From contig JBODTK010000010.1 in assembly GCA_050613775.1 (NCBI GenBank), forward strand, positions 868,001-932,000: a stretch of 64,000 nucleotides of DNA. The letters run 5' to 3'. The first letter of the stretch is position 1, and every line of letters starts with the position of its first letter. Source of the DNA: Neocallimastix sp. 'constans'. Lineage: Eukaryota. The notes below the pieces were generated by a model that searched no databases, was not told the origin of the DNA, and saw only the letters and a list, made by a program, of their open reading frames with translations. A program made the translations under genes and the position numbers. Shown piece by piece: positions 1 through 12,300 of this stretch.

Positions 1-351
1 GTTCTAATCTTTTCTTATCAGCATGCCCTTTATATAATTCTTTGGAATGTAGTAAGACGTCTTTAATGTGATTGAAAACTAGTATTTACATTTTTTATAT
101 ATTTAAAAATTAGTATCCATTTGAGGTAATAAAAAGAATTTGTCCATGGAAGGATGGAACCCATAATTTATAAAGAAAGGAGTTTTCCTTAGTAGATTCA
201 TTAACCGAATTATTATATGTAAATTCTGCAAGGTATATCCAATCAATCAGTCAATCCAGTCATCATGATAATAAGCTCTTGAATATGCCCTAAGATATTA
301 TTCAATAAAAGAGTTAACATCTTTCAACTTGTCCGACGGTTTCCTGATGTA
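1..351 (-). pseudogene. Ty3/Gypsy LTR-retrotransposon integrase remnant (frameshifted; runs off window edge)
   Basis: Manual minus-strand translation gives HQETVGQVER..NSFIE*YLRAYS (HPQTDGQTER-like), DWIYLAEFTYNNSVNESTK..PF and ADKKRLE, typical of the Gypsy integrase core C-terminal half. Confidence 0.8.
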
Positions 352-699
352 TCTATTTTTTGAAAAATTTTTATAATAAAATATATTTTTTATTTTTTCT
401 TTTTAAAAATTTATTTTTAAAAATTTTTTTCTTTTTAATTCGTTTAAATAAAAATTATTGCCCTTATTTTTTATAGATTTATTTTTATGATTATTTAAGG
501 TGTTATAATTTAAATAAGAATATAAGTTGTTATATTTTTATAATTATAATGTATTTTGAATTTTCTAATAAACTGATTACCAAAAAGTTAAATCAGTAGG
601 AATACAATTTGAGATTAAGAATTTTTCTTTAAAAAATCTTTGAAAATAAAGTTTATTATATTTTTAAAAAATTTAATTTGGAAATTTAACCAAACAAAT

Positions 700-937
700 T
701 GATCTAATTTGGTAGTTCTACCTGAAATATCTTTGACGAGGATTTTATTTTTTTGTTTTTTTGAATATTTAATTTTAATTAATTTACTAACTTTTCTGTA
801 AATAAAATTGTAAAATTTTAAATTATTTGAATCCTAAACCCGAATCTACCAAAAATTGGTGGAGATATCGGGGAGTATTGGTTCTACCTTGGAAGAAGTC
901 TTTTGGTTCTACTTGTAGTGGAGTTCTTAAAACTCAT
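700..937 (-). pseudogene. Possible retroelement gag/protease-like fragment
   Basis: GC-richer patch. One minus frame reads VLRTPLQVEPKDFFQGRTNTPRYLHQFLVDSGLGF. It lies beside Gypsy remnants; no firm motif. Confidence 0.25.
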
Positions 938-968
938 ATAAAATTAAATTAAAATTAATTAAATATAA

Positions 969-1008
<40 letters not shown>

Positions 1009-1479
1009 TTCTTTTATACTTTTTATTCATCATCATCATTAATAAATTATTATTTTTTTTTTTTTGAAGTTATCAGTTTGTGTGTGTTGTGATTGTTGTT
1101 GTTGTGATTGTGGTAATAATAAATTAACATTAATTTTATTTGGTCTTCGCGTGCTCCAAATAAAACTTCATACTGAGTGTACTGCGTACTAAGCGGTTAT
1201 AGATATTTCTATAATTGCGAGTGGTATAATCAAGTGTTTGGAGAGGGACCGATTACGAACTAATCAATCCCCGATTAGATATAAAGGTAAATACTGTTGG
1301 GAAGCAGAAATTACCCTATAGATCACCCATTATACGTTCAATACGGTTTGGGTGCTCTTAGAATTAAGAGGAATGAAAAAAAAAAAAATTTAAGGATTTC
1401 AATATTAAATATAAAACTTTATATTTATTTAAAGTTAAATAAAAAGAAGTCAAATAAGTGTTTTAGACTACAAAGACTC

Positions 1480-2036
1480 CATTGAAAACAATGTTGAAAC
1501 CTGGAAACATCTAATCTTATTTGATGACATTCTTCTGTCAAAAGCCTTTAAAATTGCTGAAAAAAGCAGATAGGTTAAATTATATGGGTTGTAATCAAAG
1601 AAGACATTCCTCTACCTTTTCACCTTCTGCAAATACTTCTTTTTTTAATAATAAAATTAATTAATTTTCATCCTCCTAAAAAAAAAAAAAAAAAAATAAG
1701 TTAGAACATAAAGGTAATATTAAAACCAAAGGAAGATAATGACATAGAGGAATTAACAAGAAAAATGAGAAATTTGACAATCAAGGAATTATTTCACAAA
1801 AATTTTGATATAATAGCGACAAAGACAGATGATTCTTGGTAAATTGAAACACCTCCCTCATAGGGATCGAACTAGTTCCAGGTGTCAGGTGCCCAAGCAA
1901 TAAAACAAAAATCATATAGAATAACCTCAATCACTTATATAGATGTATTAAAAAGGGGAAATTAATAAAATTAATTGAAAATTACCTTTATTGAACCTTC
2001 TTTCTCGTCATGGTCTTCACCTGGTGGTACTTTTTC

Positions 2037-2072
<36 letters not shown>

Positions 2073-3000
2073 TAACAAATGGCGATTGGGGTGTGGATTA
2101 TCGCAAATTGAATAATTTTACCATTTAAGGATACTTATGCACTACCATTAATCGATGATATTTTTAATTACATTTAGCCAGCCATTAGCAATAATTCCCA
2201 ATACTTATCTACTATTGATTTGTTTTTCTGGGTATCACCAAAATACCCATAGCTGAAGAAGATAAAGATAAAACAGCCTTTACCACTATACCTGGAAACT
2301 ATAACTTCAGAGTCATGCCATTTGGGTTATGTAACGCTCCGGCTTCCTTTTAACGTGAAATGAACCAAATTTTTTATGGATTTAATTGGTGTTTGCGTTT
2401 TGTATTTTTATATTGATGATATAATTTGTATTTTCAAAAACGTTAGAAGACCATATTTAGTGATTTGAGTAAAAGTTTTTAAAATGAAAAAAAATGAAAA
2501 AATGAATTAAAAATAAATATTGAGAAATGTACTATTTTTTTTTCAAAAAAATAAAGTCACTCTCCTCGGTCACGTCACATTCTTTCTACCGAAGGTGATT
2601 TCTCCCATTTCTGAGAAGGTCAAAGTTATTATAAATTGGATTCCGCCCTGAAGACAAAACTCAGTTGCGATTCTTCCTTGGCGCTATTGATTATTACCGA
2701 AAAGTTTATTGAAAAGTTTATTTATTGACAACTTTGCTCAAGTTGCATACCCATTGTTGTTCCAATTAACTTAAGAAAGAAAATTTCCCTTTATTTGATC
2801 TGAGGACTGCCCCAGTTGCTTTTGAAGAACTAAAAAAATAAATTTGTTAAGTGCCCCTTATCTTAACACCTCCTGACTATAAGAAATCACGTATTATCCA
2901 CATGGATGCATCAAGGACAGACTTTGGTGGTGGTGTTTTACCTCAAATTTAAAGATAATAGAGAGGTTCCAATCTATTTTGAAAGTAAATCCCTTTCCTT
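1480..3000 (+). mobile_element. Degenerate Ty3/Gypsy gag-pol (zinc knuckle, RT, start of RNase H); many frameshifts, protease apparently deleted
   Basis: Manual translation across frameshifts: YGCNQRRHS (decayed CCHC knuckle, ~1583), [90 protein letters not shown] (~2410), and DAS (RNase H, ~2905). Confidence 0.92.
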
Positions 3001-3164
3001 ATTAATTAAAAAATTTTATGAAAAACCTACGAGTTATTTATCAAAGATATGATTATTAAAAATTAAAATCTTTTACAATGTCTTTATAATTATTAATTCT
3101 TGGTATTGTTATGTTCCTTTAAGGAATTTATATTAAACATATTATACAATAATTTTTAAGTTAG

Positions 3165-3420
3165 CCTTTAATTATAAATGAATTAATAAATATTTAAAAT
3201 GTTAACCTTTAATTATAAATGAATTAATAAATATTTAAAATGTTAACCTTTAATTATAAATGAATTAATTAATAAATCTTTAAAAAATTAACCTTTAATT
3301 ATAAATGAAATAATAAATCTTTAAAAAAAAATAACCTTTAATTATAAATGAAATAATAAATCTTTAAAAAAAAATAACCTTTAATTATAAATGAAATAAT
3401 AAATCTTTAAAAAAATTAAA
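3165..3420. repeat. ~40-bp AT-rich minisatellite, about 6 copies
   Basis: Repeated unit aacctttaattataaatgaa(a/t)taataaat(a/c)tttaaaa.. Confidence 0.85.
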
Positions 3421-3617
3421 TATTTAAATTTTTTTTTTTTTTTTTTTTTTTTATTCCAAAGATATTAAACTTTAAATATAAATATCTGAAGAAAATAACT
3501 TCTTCCTTGAACAGTTTAATTAATTGAATAAATAATGTTTCATTAAATAAATAAGTTTAAGTATTTAATGAATAAATAAAATAAAGTATTAAAAAAAATT
3601 AAATATTGTTTTTGTGT

Positions 3618-3653
<36 letters not shown>

Positions 3654-5020
3654 TTTTATTTTGAATTATTTATCTTTAGTGTACTAAATTTTTTACTGGA
3701 AATTTTCTTAATTCATTTTATTTGAATTATAAAAACTTTTTTTTTATTAATGATTATCGCTTGTATATTAATACAATTTAAATATTAATTAATTTACTAT
3801 ATTGGATTAATCGATTAAACAAAATAAATTTGTTTCAATAGGTTTATACTTATTTTAAAATTTGTATTCATTTAAATTTATTATAAGGTAATATAGAATA
3901 AAAAAAGATTTATTTATTAATAAATAATAAATAATAACTAATAACAAATAATAATAAAAAAAAAAGTATTAATAAATAATTGAATTATAAATAATAAATA
4001 AATAATTAATTAATTATAAATAATTGAATAATAAATAATAAATAATTGAATTATAAATAATAAATAATAAATAATTGAATTATAAATAATAATTAAATAA
4101 TTGAATAATTGAATAATAAATAATTGAATAATAAATAATAAATAATAAATAATAAATGATAAATAATAAATAATAAATAATAAATAATAAATAATTAAAT
4201 AATTGAATAAATAATAAATAATTCAATAATAAATAATTGAATAATAAATAAATAATTGAATAATAATTAAATAATTGAATAAATAATTAAATAATTGAAT
4301 AATAAATAATTGAATAAATAATTAAATAATTGAATAATAAAAAAGTGTATTTATTAAATCAATAATAAATAATGGAATAGTACAGGTCAATGGATAATTA
4401 AAAATAAGGTTAATTTTTAATCAAACTTTATAAAAAAAAAAAAAAAGAATAAATTAAATAAATTAAAAAAAAAAATAAATAAAAATTAAAAAATTAAAAA
4501 AAAAAAAAAGGATAATCTAGACTTTTTTAAAATTTAATAAAAATAATTTTTTTTTTTATTTATAAATTTAATTTATATTAATCAAAAATATTTTTCATTG
4601 GAATGGTGTACACTAATTATTCATCTAACCCTTCATTTCAAGATATAAATTGTCAAATAATTAAATATAAAAGAAAATTATTATTATTATTATTATTATT
4701 ATTTATTACTATTATTATTATTATTTACTATTATTATTATTTATTACTATTATTATTATTTATTACTATTATTATTATTTATTACTATTATTATTATTAT
4801 TTACTATTATTATTATTATTATTATTAATTTTTTTTTTTTTTATCTTTTTTTTCATTTTTTTTTTTTTGGTAATTTATTTTATAAATTTTGGTTATTTTT
4901 GGATATTTTATTTGTATTTTATTTTTATTTGTTAACTTTAAATATTTATATATTTATTATTATTTGAATTTAAAATTTTTAAATTTATTTTTTTTTTTCT
5001 TTTTTTTTTTTTTTTTTAAT

Positions 5021-5190
5021 TTCCGGGGTGTGTACCGCCTTTTGTGTGGAATATTAAGGTCGTCAACCACCACAACACTTTCATAGAGGCAGAAATGTTC
5101 CACTCTGCTAGACGGCAACCTACTGAGTATTCAGCATTGTCGCTCTGTCATGTATATGAATGCTGAGAATTTTCTTGTACGCTTTGAATT
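5021..5190 (+). other. Isolated GC-rich island with hairpins; candidate ncRNA or element terminus, unidentified
   Basis: Stems gtcgtc/gacggc, gcaga/tctgc and attcagcatt/aatgctgagaat within very AT-rich flanks. I did not recognise a match to U1, U2, U4, U5, U6, SRP or RNase P. Confidence 0.3.
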
Positions 5191-6329
5191 TAAATGAAAA
5201 TGATTTATATTTATATTTATTTATATATTTATATTTATTTATATATTTATATTTATTTATATATTTATAATATTTATATCTATTTATATATTTATACCTA
5301 TTTATGTATTAATATTTTGTATTTGTATTAATATTTCGTATTTCTATTTAAAAGTTTGTATTTTAAAAAAAAAAAAAAAGATACAAAAAATACAAAAAAT
5401 ACAAAAAATTAAAAACAATAAAAATAAAAATTAAAAATTAAAAAATAAAAAAATAATAATAATAATAATAATAAAAAAAATTAACCATAAAAAGTTCTAG
5501 AATCATGTTCCATTCTTCCTTTTTTTTTTTTTATTATTTTTTTTTTTTTTTAATTTTCATTGTTTTTTAATTTTTTAATTTTTATTTTTACTTATTTTAT
5601 TTTTATTTTTATCTTTTTTTAATTTATAATTTATATTGAATTCTTCCATATAAAATAAAAAAAAAATAAAAAAAGGAATACCATAAAATTAAACAAATTA
5701 AATAATAAATTTATAAATAATAAAAGTATAATAAATAATAAATAAAATTTTTTTTTTTTAAATTTATAATTATTTTATAAAAGTTTTTTTTTTTTTTTTT
5801 TTATTTATTTGAAAGTAAAATACTATAAAAAAAAAAAAAAAGGAAGTATTCATTAATAAAGAAAGAAAGAAAAATATCATCATTATGAAAGGGAATAAGA
5901 AATAAATAAGAAATAATTGAATAATAAATGATTAAATAATAATGAATTAAATGATTAGAATAAAGAATAACAATGATATAGATGATATAGATGGTATAGA
6001 TATAATTTTTATTTTTTAATTATTATTATTATTATTATTTGTTGGTGGTGGTGGCGGTGGTGGTAATTTTTAAAAAAAGAAGAAAAAAAAAAAAAATTAA
6101 AATTTAATAAAAAAGATTAATAATAAATATTTTTGTTTTTTGTTTTATTGTCGCATTTATTAACGAATTTTAAACTTTTTTTTTGCTTATTCATTTATTA
6201 ATTAATTAATTACATGACATAAATAATTTATAAGTTAATAAAAAATAAAAAATAAAAAAATAAAAAAATAAAAAATAAAAAATAAAAAATAAAAAAATAA
6301 AAAATAAAAAAATAAATGATAAAATTAAA

Positions 6330-6640
6330 TATTATCTTGTCCCAATCATCTTGAATATAATACTATTTAAAATAGTAAATAATGTGAAATAAAAAAAAAA
6401 AAAAAGTATGTATTCAAAAATAAAGTGTTAAGAAAAAAAAAAAAAAAAAAAGGTCATAAGGCAACGAACCTCACCTCCAAGATTATCTAAGATGATATAA
6501 AGATTTCGGGTTTAAAAAAAGGAAATTCTTATTCTGGATTAGGGTTGGAATTAATAAATTCTGAAAGAAAATTATAGACTTCTCCTTCAGAGGCATTGAC
6601 CCCGAAAGTCCGTCTTGCTTCATTTTCAGGGTTGATACTC
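6330..6640 (-). mobile_element. LINE subfamily B 3' remnant (ORF end plus 3' UTR)
   Basis: Homologous to 40620-40890 and 52620-52870 (gcaacgaacct..ctccaa; ggattagggtt..ctgaaagaaa; tctccttcagag). Confidence 0.75.
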
Positions 6641-8949
6641 CAATAATAAATATTATTTATTATTATTTATTATTTATTTATTAAATATCATTATTTATAA
6701 TTTAATTATTTTATTTTATTATTATTTATTATATATATATATATATTTTTTTTTCTTTTTTTGAATCTGTCAATATAATTTAATTTCTTATAATTTAATT
6801 TCTTATTACTTAAATAATTTTTATTTATTTTTATTTTTATTTTATTTATATTTATATTTATATTTATTTTTTTTACTTTTACTTTTATTTTTATTTTATT
6901 TATATTTATATTTATTTTTATTTTTTTACTTTTACTTTTATTTTTATTTTATTTATATTTATATTTATTTTTATTTTTTTTACTTTTACTTTTATTTTTA
7001 TTTTATTTATATTTATATTTTTATTTTACATGTATCATTCTTTTAAGATAAAAGAATAAAAATAAAAACTTAGGATAATGATTATAGAATAAAAATGATT
7101 AAACAAAACTAACCTATTATTTTATTTTTTTAATTTATCATTTATTTATTTATTTATTTATTTATTTTATTTATTTATTTTAATTAATTAATTAATTAAT
7201 TATTTATTTATTAAGTTTATATCTTTAATTTTTTTATTTCTTTAATTTATTTTTTGGTTTTATCCAACCTTTAAAAATGAAAAAAAAGAAAATAATAATA
7301 ATAATATAAAAATATAAAAATAAAAAATAATAAACAATTAGATAATAATTATATAAATAATAATTAATAAATAATAAATAAATAAATAATTGAGTAATAA
7401 ATAATAAAATGAGTATTTATTAATAAATAAAATATAAAATTAAATAATAAAAAAAGGGTATTAATTAATAAATAATAATAATAAAAAAAAAAGAGTATTT
7501 ATTAATCAATAAAACATGTATAGCCATTAAGAGGTAAAGAATCCATTAATTATTTTTATGTCGTTGTTAAAAAATTCCTTTTTTTTTTTTTTTATTTTTT
7601 TTTTATTTTATTCGTTCGTTGTTCATTTTAATTGTTTGAACCTTTTTTTTTTTTACTTTTTTTTTAACTATTTAAAAGAAAAAAAAAATTTAATAATAAA
7701 ATTAATAATAATTAATTTTTATTTTTTTAAATTTTATATTTTATATTTTATATAATTTTTTTTTTAATTTTGATCACATTTTTAATTATTTCTTAGCATT
7801 TCTTGACACTTGCTAAGAAATTTTGTATATATTTAGAATGTATTCTTTTTTTTTTTTTATTGTAAAAATTATTTATATTATATTATATTATATTATATTA
7901 TATTATATTATGATTTAATGTAATATGTTTAATTATATATTTTATGTTATTTATTATTTAACTTTATTATTTAATTTTTATACTATTTTAATTTATACTA
8001 TTTAATTTTATGTCATTATTTAAATTTATGTATTTTATGTCATTTATTATTTATTTTTATGTCATTTATTATTATTTATTATTTAATTTTATGTATTTTA
8101 TGTCATTTATTTATTATTATTTATAATTTATTATATTTTATTTAATTTTATGTCATTTTAATTAATGTTATTTATTATATTTTATTTAACTATTTTTATT
8201 TTATGTAAAATAATTTCATGATTTATAATTATTTAATTATATATAAATTATAGAGTTAACATTTCTATGGTTTATATTTCTATCTAATTTATTATTTAAA
8301 TGATAATAACATGAAAAAAAATAAACTATAAAATTAATTAAAAAACACAAAAACAACAAAAAAAAAAACAAAAACATAAAAATAAAAATAAATAAATAGA
8401 AATTAATAAAAATTTTTAAAACTTTTTTATTTAGTAAAAATAAAAAAAAATATAAGAATAGAATGAAGATTTATTTATTTATCTATTTATTTATCTATTT
8501 ATTTATCTATTTATTTATCTATTCATTTATCTATTTATTTATCTATTTAACAAACAAAAATAAGTATATTATTATAAATATAGATAGCGATATTTATTTT
8601 TCTTTTTATTATTATTTTCAACTTATATATATATAGATATAACTATAAGCATTTAACTAAATAGGAGTTTAATGACTTTTAATGAACTATCTTTAAAAAG
8701 TTAGACTAGACTATACCAATATTTATATATATATATATATATTTTTTTTTTTATTTTTATATTTATAATTCTATTATTATTTCTATATTTTTAAAAATGA
8801 CTTAAATTTTTATATTTATAATTCTATTATTATTACTATATTTATAAAAATGACTTAAATTTTTAATTAATTTAAATACTTAACACATCATCCCTTAGAA
8901 TGATGTCATCCTCTCTGTAATAATAACATCATTAATATATGAATATTGA

Positions 8950-9305
8950 TGCTTATTATGAATAAATAATAATACATAATAATAATAAATAATAAATAAT
9001 AATAATAGTAAATAATAATACATAATAATAATAAATAATAAATAATAATAATAGTAAATAATAATACATAATAATAATAAATAATAAATAATAATAAAAG
9101 TAAATAATAATACATAATAATAATAATAAATAATAAATAATAATAGTAATAAGTAATAATACATAATAATAATAATAATAATACATAATAATAATAAATA
9201 ATAAATAATAATAAAAGTAAATAATAATACATAATAATAATAATAAATAATAAATAATAATAGTAATAAGTAATAATACATAATAATAATAATAATAATA
9301 AATAA
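8950..9305. repeat. Low-complexity (AAT)-derived tandem repeat
   Basis: Recurring aataatacataataataataaataataaataat units; source of three spurious ORFs. Confidence 0.8.
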
Positions 9306-12300
9306 TAAAATAAAATGATTCATTGGAAAAGTCATTAAAATAAAATAAAATAAAATAACGGTAATAATAAACAAAAAAAAAAAAAATTTTTTTATTATTT
9401 TATCTTGTGTATATTAAATAGGCAATTTTATTATGAAACTTTTTATAATCTTTTATGTATTTTTTATATATTTTTCAATAAGTTTTATTAATAGTTTTTA
9501 ATAAGTTTTAATAGTTTTTTTTTTTTATCTATTTTTAATAATTTTTTATTATTTATTTTCATATTTATTTTAATGTACTTTGAAACATAAAAATATATAA
9601 AAAAATTCTTTTTATTTTCTTTTTATTGTTATTATTATTATTTTTTAATGAATAATAATAAATCTTATATTCTATTGATTTTTTTAATTACATTAACTAT
9701 TATTTTATATATTTTATTATTATTATTATTATTTTTTTTTTTTTGATCTTCTTAAAGGAGTGACGAACATCTATGGCAGATAGAAATCATAATTTATTAT
9801 TAAATTTATTAATATTTATATTTATTATTAATATCAATATATATTTATTTGTTTATTATTAATATTTATTTATATTTATTTGTTTATTTATTATTAATAT
9901 CAATATATATTTATTTGTTTATTTATTATTAATATCAATATATATTTATTTGTTTATTTAGCTTTTTGATTCTTTTTATTACACTTCTACAATTTTAATT
10001 ATCTTTTTATTATTATTCAATTAGTCATTTCTATTTATATTTCATTTATAGTTATTTATTATTTATTGTTTATTATTTATAGTTTAAAGTTTATTATTTA
10101 TTTATTTTATTTATTTATAATTAATTATTTTATTTATTTATTTATTATGAGAAAAATTATCTTTTTTTTGGTGGCGGTGGTGGTACATTTTTTAAAAAAT
10201 TTTTTTTTTAAATTTTAAAACAATTCTTGAACGTTTATAGTTAAAAAAAAAATAAAAAAATAAATGAAAAAAAAAAAGAGGAAAATAAAAGAATAAAAAA
10301 TAAAATTAAATAAATAAATAAAACAACGGCTGACCTCTTTTTTATTTATTTTTTTTATTTTTATTTATTATTTATTTATTATTTATTTATTTATTATTTT
10401 TTTCCTTTTTTTTTTTTTTTATTTATTTAATTAATAATTAAAAAAATTAAAAATTTCTATTTTCATTCTTTATTCTTTTTAAATCTTAATTTATATTAAA
10501 AATTCAAAATAAAAAATATTATAAATTATTATAATATAAATTATAATATAAATTATTATAATGTAAGTTATTATAAATTATTATAATGTAAGTTATTATG
10601 AATTATTATAATGTAAGTTATTATAATGTAAGTTATTATAAATTATTATAATGTAAGTTATTATAAATTATTATAAGCTATAATCCATTATATGTTAAAT
10701 ATAATAAATTATAAAAAAAAAAATTTTTTTTTTCTTTTCTTCTTTCGGTTACACGATTTTTTTTTTTATTTTTGGTACGACGTTCATTGCTATGATGTCA
10801 TTTTTTTTTTTTTTTCATTTTATTTTATTAAATAGTATAAATTTTGTAAATAAAATTTATAGTTGATAATTTTATAATTCATAATTTAGCCCATCATCAC
10901 ACATAAATAAAATAAGAAAAATACAATAAAAAATACAATAAAGAAAATAAAAACAAACCAGCAACCAACAACCAACAGTAATCTAGAACTTTTTTTTTTT
11001 TTTAAAAAAAAGTCAATAAAAAGTTAAGAAAAAATTTTTTTTTAAAAAAATCATTTTATTATTTAGAAAAATATATATTTATTTATATATAAAATTAATT
11101 ATTTATGTGTTTATTTAAATTTATATGTGTTTATTTAAATTTATATTTATTTATTTAAATTTATATTTATTTATTTAAATTTATATTTATTTATGTATTT
11201 ATGTATAGATTTAATTATTTATGAGTTGTAAAATATAAATTAAAATTTATTTTATTTTATATTAATTTTTTTTTTTTTATATGTCAGTAGTATTAATACT
11301 AATAAAAAAAATTGTTTAGTTTTATAAAAAATAATAAATAATAGTTAATCAAATTAAAATCATGATATAAATAGAATTATGTATTCATTGATAATAAATT
11401 AAATTCATTGATAATAAATTAAAAAATTAATAATAAATTAATAATAAATTAAAAAAAAATTTTAATTAATTTATTCAGGAATAAAAAAAAAAATAAATAA
11501 ATAATAAATTGTTTTAAAAATTATTAATCTTTTTTATTTTAATGAACAAATAAATATAAAAATAAATAAATAAATATCAAAAAGTTTACATGAATATAAA
11601 TAAATAAATAAATAAATAAATGTAGATGTACCTACATAATTAATAATATTCATTATTTATCATTTATTTTTTAATTATTAAATTATTAAATTATTTAATT
11701 ATTTAATTATTTAAATATTTAATTATGTAATCATATATTAATTATTAATTATTATTTACTATTAATTATTTATTAATAAATATTCTTTTTATTTATCCAT
11801 TATTATATATATTATTTATTATTTTATTTTATTTTTTTTTTCATTTTTCTCTAATGTTTCTTCTTCCCTTATCAATTATTTAAGAATAAAAATAAATTTA
11901 TTTATTTATTTATTTTTTTTTTTAGAAAAAAAAAAGGAGATTTACCTTTTACATCTTATCTCTCTATCAATTGAGATGGTAAAAGAAAGTGTTAAGAAAG
12001 AAAGAAATAATAGAAATAAGATAAGAAATAAAAAAAAAATTTTTTTTTAATATTATTATAATTAATTAATTATATTTAACTTCTTCTTCTTATTATTATT
12101 GTTATTATTATTTATTTATTTATTTATTTTTTTTTTTAAAAAAAAAAAAAACAAATAATAATAATAATAATAATAATGATGATAATTATAAAAGTCCAGA
12201 ATCTTTTATCTATTAACTCTTTTCCTTATATATATATATATATATAAAGGTCCAGAATCTTTTATCTCTTTTCAATTTTTTTTTTAAAAAATAATAATAG

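Noticed and set aside
1141..1160. tggtcttcgcgtgctcc as the Gypsy primer-binding site
   Set aside because: Position is plausible, but I could not identify a cognate tRNA or a paired LTR.
3165..3420. CRISPR-like array
   Set aside because: No unique spacers and no cas genes; eukaryotic minisatellite.
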